Shown: positions 13,801-27,100 of the stretch, piece by piece
How positions within the stretch are numbered: the first letter of the stretch is position 1
Layout: each line of letters opens with the position of its first letter
From: Phoronis australis
Lineage: Eukaryota > Animalia > Phoronida
NCBI GenBank assembly: GCA_002633005.1
Contig: NMRA01000668.1
Span: forward strand, 153,283 to 217,282
Direction of reading: 5' to 3'
DNA length: 64,000 bases
Notes under the pieces: model-generated
Database searches by the model: none
What the model was told of the DNA's origin: nothing
What the model saw: the letters and a program-made list of their open reading frames with translations, nothing else
Position numbers and translations under genes: made by a program

Positions 13801-14899
13801 TGAAACAGTAAAATTTATCAATTAAGAACTATCACGCACCGATGCTAACTCAGATTATTGAATAAATCTATTAAATCTAAGTTATTCTTTAGAAAACAAA
13901 CATGTATAAAAAGTAACTACCACAAAAGCCAACGAAGCCCGCTGGACATTCAGAATTACATCCTAAAGAAGTTCTTTATATTGTTAGCAGTGACGTCGCT
14001 ACGAGTAACGTCACGCGGGACGGAAAATAACGGTGTTACCACCGATATTGTACATCCCCAAAATAGTCTTTTGCGTCGCACTATCTTTGTAGGCTTACGC
14101 GTCACTTCCCTGGTCAAAATCAATTTCATAATGACTCTGGTCGTTTGCACCGTCACCACTTATTTCTCAGCTCATCACTATTTAGTTTTGTGCCACACTG
14201 GCCATTCTGTCCGTTGGATTGCCGACACCTGAGTCATCCCACGGACAATAACTTTCACAGTTTTTGACATTACGGGCAGTACTAATAGAGAACACAGGGA
14301 ACAGAAATGTAGTATGGACTTGGTTGTCCAGTTTCACCAAGTTTCCTACGTGAGGCTTGTATTGTACCTACCCTTTGGAATGTGTTGAAATTTTCTTGGC
14401 CGCGTTCAACGAAGCCTCCGCTGAACGCAATGTCGAGCGAAAGTGCATATCAGCTCCTTCGTGGCAATGTGAAGAAAATGCGGATATGACATGTTCATGT
14501 TTCGATTGCTTCAGAATAAACGCTCTCCACCAGTCAGTGTAAGTAAAAATGGTTACCGTTGTCCGTATGCGTCTTGCAAACACTAGCTGAATTGACTTGT
14601 AAACCTACATGTACCTTCTGTCAAGCTGGATAGTCAATGTTTTTGAAATTCTTCAGCAAAATTGAGAGGGTTTCACTAACGTATCCCGGGCCAGTTCCGT
14701 ACAAACACGAAAAAGCAAAATCATACAAGGCCACGCAAAATCGATCACGCGACTGAAAATCGAGTGATTTGTGGTCACTATAAGCTCACTAGCGCATCCT
14801 AGTGGTTATTGTATGCTTGGTATCTTATTGTCCAAAGGATTGTTTGGTCGGTGGATTTAGATTGTCGAATTATGACGTGCATATTGATGTCTCCGTTCT

Positions 14900-15242
14900 C
14901 TAGGCGAGTTTTCGCTGCAAATGCTTTGCGAGTGTTTTGGTTCTACTGACCACGGCTTTACATGTATTTCAAAGCCAACGAGCCCGTTATTTGCAGCCCG
15001 GTCAATGAGCTCAAGTGGGCACCGGCTCTTTTCAGACCAACACGTCGGTGCCACTATGTTATGTATCTTACTAGCGCACCCTACAAAACTGACCACTGGA
15101 CTGTTCGGTTTGCTGCTTCCATTGACTAGGGTGAGACTTTTCTACGCAAATGCTTCGCGAATTCCTTGGTTATACAGAACGCAACTTTATATTTATTTCA
15201 ATGTCATCGATCCCGTCATTTGCAACCCACACAATGAGCTCA
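14900..15242 (-). repeat. Diverged direct duplication of about 115 bp encoding a decayed Cys/His-rich module
   Basis: 14900-15013 and 15126-15242 align. Minus-strand frames read AH*PGCK*RARWL*NTCKAVVSRTKTLAKHLQRK and AHCVGCK*RDR*H*NKYKVAFCITKEFAKHLRRK. Confidence 0.6.
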
Positions 15243-18200
15243 CGCGAGCGCTGAGCTCTTTCATACTGATAAGTCATTGTCACTGACAAAAAACCTATGA
15301 ATTATAATAATTCTTTTCTTCATAGTTATTTTTGAACAAGTATGAAGACCATTAATGCAATTCGTTTCAGTTTCGATACAGTAGTCGATAAAAGTTGAAA
15401 ACACCGAATTACAGGTACGGCAGAATCTCAAAACAGAAAAAAATTAGATGGCGCTAATGACGCTGGTGATGACACATTTATATCATAATAACTTCGGCTT
15501 TACAATGGCCATTAATTTGGAAATGGAAAAATGACATTGAACTGCCACACACCTTTATATATTTTTCTTTTAACACTTCCGGGCCGGGTTTTGGTATGGA
15601 CTTTCTTTTCCCGTTTTTCTTTGACTTTCCCTTTTTATTTTGGAGTGCTTCTTCTTTCTAACATGGCATGGTAGAACGTGAACTCACATTCCGGCTTAGC
15701 TGGTTTCAGCACCTTTAATCGTTTTTGCTCAATGAATACGCCTAACTTCTCCAACATCTTTTCTATATCGAGCAAAGTCTGGGCTTCCTTCTTGTGAATT
15801 TTACTGTTTCTTCTGAGAGCTGGAAAACAACAAGTAAATCGTCCCAAGCAACATAATTCGCTTTTCACTGAAGGTGTTTTCGTAAAAAACATTGCTTTAT
15901 AAAGAGACTCACCTCCATCTGAAAACTTTCTACCGTTTTACAGTATGTTATTCAGCAAATGTTCATTAACGACATACCCTATAATCGCGAGGTAGCGCTT
16001 ATGAAGAGAAGTTCCTCTTTGAAACATCTGATTAGATTGAAAGCAGAAATCAGTGTGTGGGATAACGGTCTCACGTGACTACAGAATTCATATACATGTA
16101 GTTATGATCGTTGTCCGAGGAACACCGTAAAATATAGTTAATTGTTTTCGGTGAGCTCAACCAGTCCTCGTTTTGTCACCTGCTAATGTGTCATTGGCGT
16201 CCCAGTTGAGTGACAAAAACAGTATTCGTAAACTCGTACTTTCTGTGTAACAGATTGAATATTATGGCTCTTTTTGAGTGGTTATCGAGAGTTACAGGGA
16301 AATATTTAGTTTCAGAGAAACTGGGTATCAAAATCGTTGATGGTATCAGTACTAATAGGCCATTATCAAGATTTGTATCGGGCATTGCCAACACTACACC
16401 CGCCCCACAGTTGGCAAACAACTTAAGTGTTTTGCAATTAAATTTTCTACGAGAGTAAGCTGTTGAGTCCGTGATTATAAAATACAACTTTGCCTCAAAA
16501 TTACGCACTTTTTCGTCCAACCAATTTCCTCTACTGTATTACCAACCAACTTCAGGACATCTGACATGTCCATTTCCGCGTAACCCTTTCTCCTGTACAT
16601 CGTTCACTCTTTAACAGCGAGCGTCCCGCAATAAAACGTCGATGATTCAATCGCTCGGATTTCAAAAGTAAAGATGACGTCATGCTATTATGCTGTTTGA
16701 TGACATAGATAATTGTACTGACAGAATAACTTTGACGTTTTCCGTTTCTAGAGTCACTTTTTCCTGCATAAAATTTAGTTCAATCATTACTTTTAAGGTT
16801 ATGTGTGACTTTTTGAAATGTCGATTCAATCAAACTCATAAACAAGCACTAAAACTGAGTGGAATGATTACGAAAAATAAGTTGATACCTGTTTCCCCAG
16901 CCAATCACATTCCCCCTGGCCCGTATATCTGCGTTATTCAGCGAGCAGAATAACCAAAGTGACCCTCTGACTGTTGAAAGCTTTCAGTTGGCAAGAGTTT
17001 TAGAAAAAAATTATCATTATTATTTGACAAATTTGAACATATTACTTGATAGCTGCAGATGGTTGTTACAAAATTCACAATGTCTTGTCCTGTGAACTTG
17101 CCAAAGATTATGTCCTTAATACCACAGGTTAAGTACTGATACAAGTTAACTGTTGGATTTGTCCAATGAAATGAAGAGGATGCGTATTTTGCTAAACAGC
17201 TATTCCAACTTTCTTTCAGTTGAGTGTTAGTGTTGGGGACTATACATGTACATCTATATGTCAAACGAATTTGAAACCTCTTTAGTTCTGAATCATTTGT
17301 AAAGTGGCCCTTTCCTCACTATTCGTCAGTTAAAAAGTTTATAAAATTTACAATTTGTTTCAAAGTTTGATATTTTGTACATGTACATGAGTTAACCAGA
17401 CTTACAAAGAAGATGTTTTCTGGCCTCGAAAGCAAGCGTGAAAGTAATTGGGGGATGTTTGGCAAAGTAACTTTAAAATGCTTTATTTTCGGTTACTTTA
17501 AGCTATTCACGTAATGTTTTTCGCTGACCGTAAAATTTTAAGTCATTTCACATCACGAGTCCTACAGATGAGCACAGAAACTTTATTCTCTCTTGTATTT
17601 TTGACCCATATACTCCTAGTAAAAACCAGGCTAAACTATGAAAAATAAGGGCAAAAAACCGCAAAATCAGCACTTTTCACCTCAAAACCACCAGTTTCCT
17701 GCCGAGGCTCGACTACAGCCAACACTAGACTCCAAATGCAAATTTCCTACCTATTCCAAAAAGGTGGTTTAAAAGTATTGTCAACCTACCATTTTTGACA
17801 ACGCTGGCTTGTTTGATGGCTTCCTGAAATCGCGGCCAATTTCTCAGTTGCTACCCAGCAATGCCCATTTGCAACAGGGTGCCGAAATCTTGAAGGAGTG
17901 TGTAGCTATAGCCGAGCAAGTGGTCTTTTTTCATTCTCACTATGTTCACAAATACAAAAAACACATTCACTTGGCCTACACACAATACCTAATTCAAAAA
18001 TGCCCCCAAGCTTGGCCTATCCAAGGAGTTTACAATGGTAGGAGGATTCGCCGGTAAGTTCGCTGTTATCGCAAGAAGCAAATAAGCAATGATGAAAATT
18101 GAGTTATGACACCTCTTGAAGCGCAATGAATTACAAAAATTCACCCATGGAAGCACCATAACTGTCATTTTTATGTTTCCTAAGGTTCCAGAGAAACAAG

Positions 18201-18929
18201 TATTATTTGTTATAATTTTGTTTTTGCACTCCTCTTATGTACCCCCTCAGTTCCGCTGGTACCTGGAGGCAACTGCTCCCATGAACCCCCAGGAGCAATC
18301 ACTAAGGTCACATGTATGTAGACCATTTAGGAATCAAATGTTATCAAGAACGGTTGTTTGCCTCATTAAAAATTCAAACATGAAGCAAAGTCATACATTT
18401 GAAGGGAGCTTCAAGAGAATAAAAGCAAAAATCTTAATGTCTATTACACTTTAGTATTGACTAAAACACACATTTTCGTAAATATACATATTTTACACAT
18501 TTGCAATCACACATCAATTTCACTGCTCGTGAAACGTCATTAAAAGTGTGAATTTTTCAGTGCTTGCATAGTTTGGACTCTGCCGCTGAATTACTTTTAC
18601 TGATTCGACGCAAGGGGGCGCTAATTTTCGACCGATAACCATTGCAGCGAAAGGAAGGATGTCGGAGTGGGACCTCCTAATGTACTACATTCCTTGCCTT
18701 TACTACATGCAAGCTTAATGTTGACCATTATTCGGTACCAAGAAATTCAGGTACCCTGCCTTCAGACTTATTGGATTTGTGAAAAATCTACTTTCACCTA
18801 ATTTCTGGAATCTGAAGAGTAGTGTGCGTTCCAACTCATCAAGGATATGCCGTTTGTATACGGAGGTGGACCTTGGTCTCCATTTTATCTGTTAGTGCAT
18901 TCAAACACTCAGCTCTCTTGTTGTTGTTG

Positions 18930-19340
18930 TCGTACATAAACGTGCTCATATCATGAATGAGTTTGTTATATGGCATGCTCGCATTTTCCATGTCGTTTTC
19001 CTTCGAGAATTTATGCAGCTCCTTTCTGGCATTGCCCACTCTAATTGAGGAATCATCGGTTATGTGGATGGCTGGGTTTTGTAGGTTTTTGCGTTTGTAA
19101 AAAGTTGGTCTTGTCTTTAGAAGACACCTGAGCAAAGTCCGGACGGGTCTTTACGCTTATTTTCTTTTCCAATATGTGTGCTCTCTCGACATGGATATCG
19201 ATACCTAAATGCTGTTTAGAAAGATTTACTACGAGCGGTTCAGATATTGCCCACGGTTCATTATTTTCTTCTTTCAAGCCATGGAAGATTAGTGTACGTT
19301 ATCACGCCTGGACCGATTTTCTAGGTGATCAATTTTCGTG
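18930..19340 (-). mobile_element. Non-LTR retrotransposon ORF1 relic (L1-type ORF1p/RRM fold as used by CR1/L2-group LINEs)
   Basis: Frameshifted translation KIDHLENRSRRDN..IFHGLKEE..W...LGIDIHVERAH..KTRP..KDKTNFL..IHITDDSSIRVGNARKEL matches the LENxSRRxN / IERAHR / ITDD ORF1p signature. Confidence 0.75.
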
Positions 19341-19559
19341 CTCAGATCTTCTGTTGAACAATTTCTATCAAAATACGGTTTTTATGAAATTTGGTTGATT
19401 CAAGGTGTCACGTGCGAGGACTCGATCTTCGAGCAAAAAGTTAACGATTGCTATGAGCAAGGTTAGCGAGCAGAAATTGAGCACAATGCAAAACTTAAAT
19501 GGCACTGTAACTTACTTAAAGACTTAGTCCTGTTTTGAACCCTATCTTAAATTACCGCT

Positions 19560-19850
19560 ACATAATAGTCTTGTTCAAGCCTTTTGTCGGTAACGTTGCT
19601 CCAAACATAGAATACAACTGCAAGTGGGTAGACACTAGAAAGTGGAATATAATAATGATTAATAGATTATGTTTGATTTTCAATAATGGTCTTGAAGACG
19701 AAGAATATCACTTCCTGTTGATTTTCATGGGATATTGCGACCTTAGGTCACGTTTTATGAAAAAAGTTCAATGGAGGCACCCAACCCAAGAATGCTGTAT
19801 ACGCCTGCTAGCTAATTCAGGCACATGTATTTCTGTTTCTAAATAAGTCA
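19560..19850 (+). mobile_element. 3' relic of a LINE ORF2 (degenerate C-terminal CCHC region)
   Basis: RLCLIFNNGLEDEEYHFLLIFMGYCDLRSRF resembles the RLCxxC..EDExHFLxxCxxYxDLR tail of LINE ORF2 proteins. Confidence 0.65.
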
Positions 19851-21540
19851 ATGTATTCTGCCCTTAAACGAAGAAAACAGTCAACTCTTAAATGGATTGA
19901 CTGCGCGTCTAAATGTATCTTTTTGATTTTTTAGCTGAATGTACTGTATTTTGGTAAGTTTTTTGTAATTTATATACAGTGAAGGGAATGTAGTTTTAAG
20001 ATTTATAAGTTTTGCCTTCAGAAGAAAAACAATAATAATAACATAAAATAAAACCACCATCTAAAACAAAACAGCACAAAATGCGAAACCAGAAAACATG
20101 AGAGGGAAAAACAGAAATACCTATACTTTCCTCAGTTATTGATAGGTGTTATTTCAATCGTGTTTTTAGTGGTTATCGGATATTTCACATGTACTCTGAT
20201 TGAAAGTAATGGCTTGTGACTTCGTTGACTTTCGACGTTGCATTTTGATTTTGAAAGTTTGTGACTGTGCCGGTGTACCAGAGTTAAGGAAACTATTTAC
20301 CTCTAATGAAACGTCGACTTCATCTTAAAAACATCTATAACTAACAACTTTCAACACCTAAAAATATATTATATATTTTTTAGAAGTAGAAGTCATGTCA
20401 AATCTACTCATACCATTCAGAACAATTACCTTACCTGTGTTCTCGAGACAACCTGTTTTCAGAAAAAATATTGGTTTTAAATGTTTGTTGACAGGAAAAG
20501 AGTCCCTTGAACATCATTCATCAAACTTTTGTATTAAAGCTTTGACAGCAATGCTCATCTGGGATTTTTACATCAGTGAAGTTGATATTTAAATCCCAAA
20601 TAGGCTTTCCTAATGATAATGGGACACTTGGTTTTAAACTAAACATAAAAACACAATGTAGGCTCCAGTACAAAATCCAAGACATCTCACAGAGAGATTG
20701 TGCCATTGGGAAATTAAAACTATTAAAATCATTGTATTTTTTCTCGAAACATTACCAAAAACATGGTGACATTACTGAAAGAATGGTACAGTTTTGTAAT
20801 TGGTATGAATAGATTGCCTCGATTTCTAGTTTCAGAAAATATATAGTGTGATGAGTTCATAGTATCTTGTAAATATCTTAAGATGAAATAGACATTTAAT
20901 GGAGGTTACACATACCTGCATTTCCTCCATGCATCCAAACTTGTCTTGAAGAACCCAAATAATGTCATTTTGTCTTACCTGTGTTCTCTTACATGTACAT
21001 TCATATGAAAACAATGGAATCAATTACATGAGAACATTTTGTTTAATGTAAAAATTTAAGATACAATCCCCAAATAACGCTACTACTTTTTCTCAATTAT
21101 TGTTTCGCTTTCGCGTTTTGCAAACTTTTATTTGTTCATAAAAATCCCAAATGTCCTATGTCCCATATACGAATGTGATATGGATAACAATACATGCAGC
21201 ATGGTGTACATGGTTGTAACGTATGAATCTGTTGTATAACGTCTCTTTACCGCGATCCTGTATCCATGTGTGGTGTACTTGTTCACTCCTGTGTACCCTA
21301 GCATGCTATGAGTTCTGGGATTGTTAGGGAATTGTGGGTAGTAGTAAAGATGGATGGAAACCATGTGGATGTGCCCTTTGTAGCTCTGCCCTACGAAACG
21401 ACGGTTTCGGAGATACGGTGTTTCGAAATTAGCCATATTTGTACTTTGTCTAGGGTACTACATAACTTTAAAAATTCAGCAATGACAGCAAAACAGCAGT
21501 GAAACGCAGCTTTAATCGTTCGTTTTCGATTTGTGTTAAA

Positions 21541-23091
21541 AGGGAACTGAAGTAAAATAATGCAGCAGTTAACCGGTTCTAACATACAGATAAACCTCAC
21601 ATTTGCCCGAGTTGCGCGCTAAACAAAAGCTCATTCGTAGTTATTGTCAAAAGACTGAGATCGTGACAGCGATCCCCGATTGTATCAGCCGTTCTTATGT
21701 TTTACTGTTTGCCACAGTGCTGTAACAGGTTCCCCATGCCTTTTTGTATAGCTCCTGGTTGTTCGAACTCTTCGAAAAAGGTGTCTTCTACAGGAAGGTC
21801 ATTGTATACCATCGCTGGGTTGCCCAAGCCTTGGCCCAAAGCTGAATACAAAATATAGGTCTACAGGTTTGCGCCGATATGGGATAAAACTGGTCAAACA
21901 AAGTCTGACTCAAAATCAGTGTCATATGGTTAAAAATGGAAAAATAAAATCTGAATGGAAATTAGTGTTATTAAAATTACTCTCAATTGAGTAAACTAGC
22001 TTTTTACGGGTGTTGGAAAAGTTGACGGTCGTTAATCGGCTGCTGCTAAAATCGTGAATTGGCTTTTTGCTATTACAACTGTACGTCACATGACCTTTAC
22101 CAGTTTCTTTTCCCCCGATTCTTTTATCAACTGTTCTTCACTGCCAGCACAGAGTTGCATAGGCCTACATATCACAACAAATTCTCCGAACTTGGTTTCA
22201 TTTTGTTACAAATTTTTAATATTTTAATACAAACAAACTAAATTTTAGAGTAAAGCTTGCTGCTGCGAAGCTGTCATTATCTCCCCGGCCAAAGACGTCG
22301 CACAATTTTAGGAAATGGCGCGTGCGCCGTGTCACGAGCGTGCTGTTTTTGAAACTGACATCTCTTTCCTTGTTACAAAAGGCTCGTTTGAGCCCCCCTT
22401 GGGTGCGCGCTTGCTACTTAAACGGCTGCAACGAACAAGGTGAGTGTCAGTTGAGTCTACCAGATTTTGCATGCACCCCCGCCGGTGCGTTAGCTCCACA
22501 CAAGTTTTACGACAAGGTGACGAGCATACAATGTGTAAGTTAAATACAACCGGGTAGTCAACACCAACGGGCTGTGTGAAATTTCGGGGTCTAACGGAGC
22601 TCAACACACATTGGTACGATAGTGTTCAAACAGCTATAGTCGGTAACTAACCAACCATTCAAGTTTACAGAGCTGAGTATTGACTGACAGCTGGCTGGCT
22701 TACTAGAGTCCACACTGCCCAGAGTCACACCAGGGTAAATTATTGACACGTACTGGTTGCACCGGGAAATTTTCGTTTGACGTTGACGACGACTTGGTTT
22801 CACTTTGTGTTGCCTCGGCTCAAACAGGTATCCTTGGCGACCCGTCATTTCACACTAGAATTTCTTATTCCGACCATTTGAAGAACGCCACTTGGCTGTA
22901 CGCTAAATTGGACAATGATTTGACCCCACCAAGTACATGTACATCACGAGAAACAGCGCTCCAAACGGGTGCCTTTTTATAGCTTCGTTAGAGAATATAA
23001 GATTAGTTTTTGATGTTGATTTTTTGTGAAATTAATCAACAACTCATAGAAAACTATCCAAAATCCAACCAGAATAAAAATACAGTTCCCT
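21541..23091 (+). mobile_element. Non-autonomous Kolobok-like element with remnants of two convergent ORF starts
   Basis: 9-bp TIR AGGGAACTG...CAGTTCCCT in a degenerate TTAA context; THAP-like start MPFCIAPGCSNSSKK at 21736 (+); MTGRQGYLFEP start at 22848 (-). Confidence 0.5.
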
Positions 23092-24655
23092 TTGAAGATA
23101 AAACAATATTTAGGGGGCCCGTCAAAAGGCCGTCAATGTCCGGAACGCTGATTTCAACCAATCCATTTTAAAATATTGGATTAAGTAACAAAAAATAGCA
23201 CGTGTTGCAAAGACTACAAGAGGTTGCATAGGTCAAACTAATAATGATAACATTAGTTAAAGTCCTGCTCTCAAACTGCCCATGTGGTTCCAGTATCCGA
23301 AAATACTTACCACATAAAATCTTATTTTCGACACCCTTTCTTTAAATTATTTTCACCTTTCTTGCCCAAAGCGATTTTTTAACCGTATTTGACCCTTCTC
23401 TGTGAGCGTATAATTACCGGCTTTCATCGGTTATTTCCGTACCCACATTTCCGGCTCATCAGTTCAAGAACTTGTCCTGAACCCCTCTTTTTTTCCTTGT
23501 AACTGAATGTGCTATCGCTTGCTCGAAAAGTATTCATAATTTTGTTTTATTAGTAATATCTCGTGATTAGCTTGCAAGTAGTGTATTTATTGTTTGTAGT
23601 TAGTGGTCGTTAATTTTTTGGAATGTTACGCGTACTTATTATGTTAAAATAGCATTGGTGTTTAGTTCCTTACGTAGGAACCAATATGGATCGAATCAAT
23701 TTTTTTTCGCTTTGATTTTTTTCTCGTTTTGAAAAAGTACTTTGCTATCATCAGAAAGTTAGTGCATTCTACTCAGAAAAAATCGAAAAAGTATCAAAAT
23801 CTGGGCAAGCACTGTTAAGATATTGCAATTTTTGTGGCTAAATTTTGGTCACTTTGTTTAGATCGCGTCGGCCATATTGGAGGACAGCGGGATAAGTTAC
23901 AAGTTTAAAACTTTGTGTAAATTGTTTTCGCCAACAAATTACGGTGAAATTTAGTTAGACTTATCTTTGCTTGCTATTCTGCTCGATTGAACAGTGTTCA
24001 CCAAATTTCAGCCTCTCAGTTGTTACTCATTAAGTGATAAATGTGTTCACAATTCCCGTTGGATTTCGTCTCATTTCTGGCGGCACCGACAACATGGCGA
24101 CTTTTGCTGAGCTAAAAGGCATGTTCAATCGACTACTTTGTAATTTGTGAACATTTAACGTTGATACATTTTGACAAAAGTTGCTACAAAAACGGAACTT
24201 TGTTCAATTTTCGTGTTTTTTGTGAACAAATATAAGATATATTGGAATTATTTTACTGTGAATTTCCCATTCAGGTGATCTTAAACTAAGCTAAAAATAG
24301 TTGAAATAATTTTGAAATGGTTTTTGTTTGACTGTCAACTGCTGTTCAAGGCTTGATTCGGTGTCACAAAATGATTCACATTTTTCTAAATTTTAAGTCT
24401 CAGTTGCTTTCAAGTCATGTTTTGTAACTTGTTGCTTCTTTATTCAGGTTATCAAGTCAACAATATGAATAATCTTAATTTGGGAAATAAGCTATGTTGG
24501 ATTGTGAAGCTTCAAGCATCCAATTCCTGCTCCTTGCAACTTCATATTTTTTTTAATCATGCTTGTCAAATTCTGGTGTAAGGAAACATTATTCGGTCAC
24601 CATGGTAATAGTTACATGTAAGTCCACTTTCATAACAGGGAAACTTTTGCTGTTG

Positions 24656-24874
24656 CATTCGCGCACCCAGGGGGGGGCTCGAAGGAGCCCCCCATTTGGC
24701 AAAGTGGGTAAAAAAGTCCGCCCCTGAGAGACAAAAAGCCCACTAAAGAAGTGCAAACGCGCAATTTACAGTGGTGTCCCCGTTTTTTTTTTAATCCGCC
24801 CACTCATTTTTTTAGCAAAAGCCCCACATCGCCGGGAATTCGAGCCCCCATATTGAAGGCTGGGTGCGCGCATG
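24656..24874. mobile_element. CATG-terminated MITE (family A) with 5-bp TSD TGTTG
   Basis: TGTTG|CATTCGCGCACCCAG...CTGGGTGCGCGCATG|TGTTG; similar to 10436-10686; a partial related copy lies at about 25011-25240. Confidence 0.75.
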
Positions 24875-25377
24875 TGTTGAATAGTGTTTGTAATGCTAAA
24901 TGTTGTAAAGTATTGTACATTTTAAGTTACTTATTATGTTAAACGTTTGAATCATTTTGGGTTAATGAATAAAAATGATAAAATTTTGTATTGGATTTGT
25001 CATACTTATGTGCTCGAACAAGCCCCCTATTTGGAGAAATGGAAAAAGTTCTGCCTCAGTCAGAGAAGCACGAATTACGAAAAAAGTATAAAATAACACA
25101 ATATTCCACTAGAAGACAGGAAGCACCAAAATTTAGCGTCTGCATTTCATAGGTCTGAACATACCCAGTGAATCTTATAGTAAAAGATAGTCATTCCCAA
25201 AAATTCCAGCCCCCCATTCTTTTAGGCTTGGTGCGCTCATACAAAGTCTGGGCAAATCTCTATTGAAAGCCAACAACTTTGCACAGTTCGCCAGAAGTAC
25301 CCAAGTTCTAAATAAACCTCGTTTGAGCGAGCGCTGTGGCCAGCGACCAGTTAGACCTAAGGGTAGCCATGGCGCAA

Positions 25378-25523
25378 AGCTGACGTGCGTTCAGTAGACG
25401 CTAGGGCCTACGCTAGGACCTAGCCCAAACCTAGTCAAAGTGACGTGTTCTCATTTAAAATGCATGTAATCTCGCGAAGTCTTGCTTTTTAGCGAGGTCC
25501 TAGCGTTACTGAACGGGAGGCTG
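25378..25523. mobile_element. Small MITE (Harbinger-like)
   Basis: Inverted ends CGTTCAGTAGACGCTAGGGCCT and AGGTCCTAGCGTTACTGAACG; a partial related end at about 11270-11310. Confidence 0.55.
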
Positions 25524-26734
25524 TATAAGCCTACTCACAAGCTGTATTTTGACGATACATGTAGTCTTCACTGGTAGCTGGCGCTGAGGCTAGCTAAGGT
25601 ATGCCGCTGCAGTGTGACACAAGACTGACCAGCCCGTAATTTCATGCAAGTGTCTGAAACTATCCTTGAATATATGCGGCATTTATGATTTGAACATTTT
25701 ACTTCGACAAAACAGCTTGCAACCGCATGCATTTACCGTTCGCCAGTGTCTGGTCTCAATCCGCACCGGGTCCGATAGGCTGCGGTCCCGAGTCTGGCAA
25801 ACTAATTTCTGTCAAAAATAATTAGCCACATTTCTTCAGCAAATTCGATAAAATTGTCCGAATTTTGATTTTATTAAAATTAAGGCGCGCTGTCGATTAT
25901 TTTATCCCCGTTTGCTGGCTGGTAACAGGCACTGCTCCGGTCACTGACACAGACGGCGTTTTCTCGGCCTGGGTTCCTGAACGAATTGTACTTCCGGGTT
26001 CGCGGCAAGTTCAAAATGGCAAATCTTGAGTGGCGCGTTCATTTAAACTTTTTTCGAGTACGGATTGTGTATTGGTTATGGGGTAGGTACTTCTCGGATC
26101 CTTATAACATCCTCTGACCATGTAATAAGGGTTAACAACGCGTGCGACCAGGTCTGTAAAACTGGGTGACATTATATTCGAATACGGGACTTATCGGTGC
26201 AACCGTTATGCACTGGCAATTTTTTTAGTTATTGATTCTCTTGAACTGTATTTGACATACATCGTGCAAAAGTCAAATTAGTTGAAGGTCACTTGGGCTT
26301 GCTGTTTTAACAAAATCTCACATACGCTCCAGCACGTTGTAAATTCGTACATTTATGCCAGGTAATGGATTTACATTAAAGGAACATGTTACGGTCATTT
26401 TTACTTGAAAGGGAAATTATTCTGAAGAACAGTAAAATTACCAATTAACGAAAAACAAAGATAATATTACCATGTTTATCGTTAATTCAATAATTTTATG
26501 TGAAGTGTCTAATCTTATTTGAGCACAATGAAACAAGGGTTATAGGGCAATTGATATAAGCAATATGAATATTTTGGGAAGATGTAAACAACTGTTTTGT
26601 CAAAAATTCAACAAATTCGAATTTGAACTTTAAAACTGCTCCTCAATACATGTAGTTTTAAAAAAGAAATATAGAAAAGCGATTTTTACTATTAGCTGAT
26701 TTGCATATCATAAAACAACAGCCAAACTATGTCA

Positions 26735-26797
26735 GTGCAATATAATTTCCTTATAACTGTGCTATTATAGCACAGTTATAAGGAAATTATATTGCAC
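26735..26797. repeat. Perfect palindrome, 31-bp arms with a 1-nt spacer
   Basis: GTGCAATATAATTTCCTTATAACTGTGCTAT-T-ATAGCACAGTTATAAGGAAATTATATTGCAC, checked base by base. Confidence 0.95.
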
Positions 26798-27100
26798 GAT
26801 TCCCTTACTTTTGGACAGCTTCCAGCATATTTCAACATGTGAGCAGAAGAGTCGGTTTACTACTTTCATTTATCTAGCTCAGTGACCAAAACTCAGCGCT
26901 CCAATGATGGCATGAACAAGTCGTGCATACATGCATGCTGCTCGCTAACATATTTTAATTTCCCTTTTACGTTTTATAACAAATCAAAATCGACCCTTGT
27001 AGTACTGTCACGCCTCACGTCGGCGTAGCTAGCAGTTAAATTGACGAGAAATTGTTACTACTGAATTACCATTATTTGTTCTTACAGTATCGTCTGAACT

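Noticed and set aside
14368-14583. Possible Crypton tyrosine-recombinase C-terminus
   Set aside because: The catalytic H-x-x-R, H and Y residues could not be placed convincingly.
20400-21450. Decayed multi-exon transposase (Zisupton/KDZ-like)
   Set aside because: Only a short exon-like piece was seen, with no diagnostic motif.
26120-26135. piggyBac-like end AAGGG|TTAA
   Set aside because: No matching TTAA|CCCTT left end was identified upstream.
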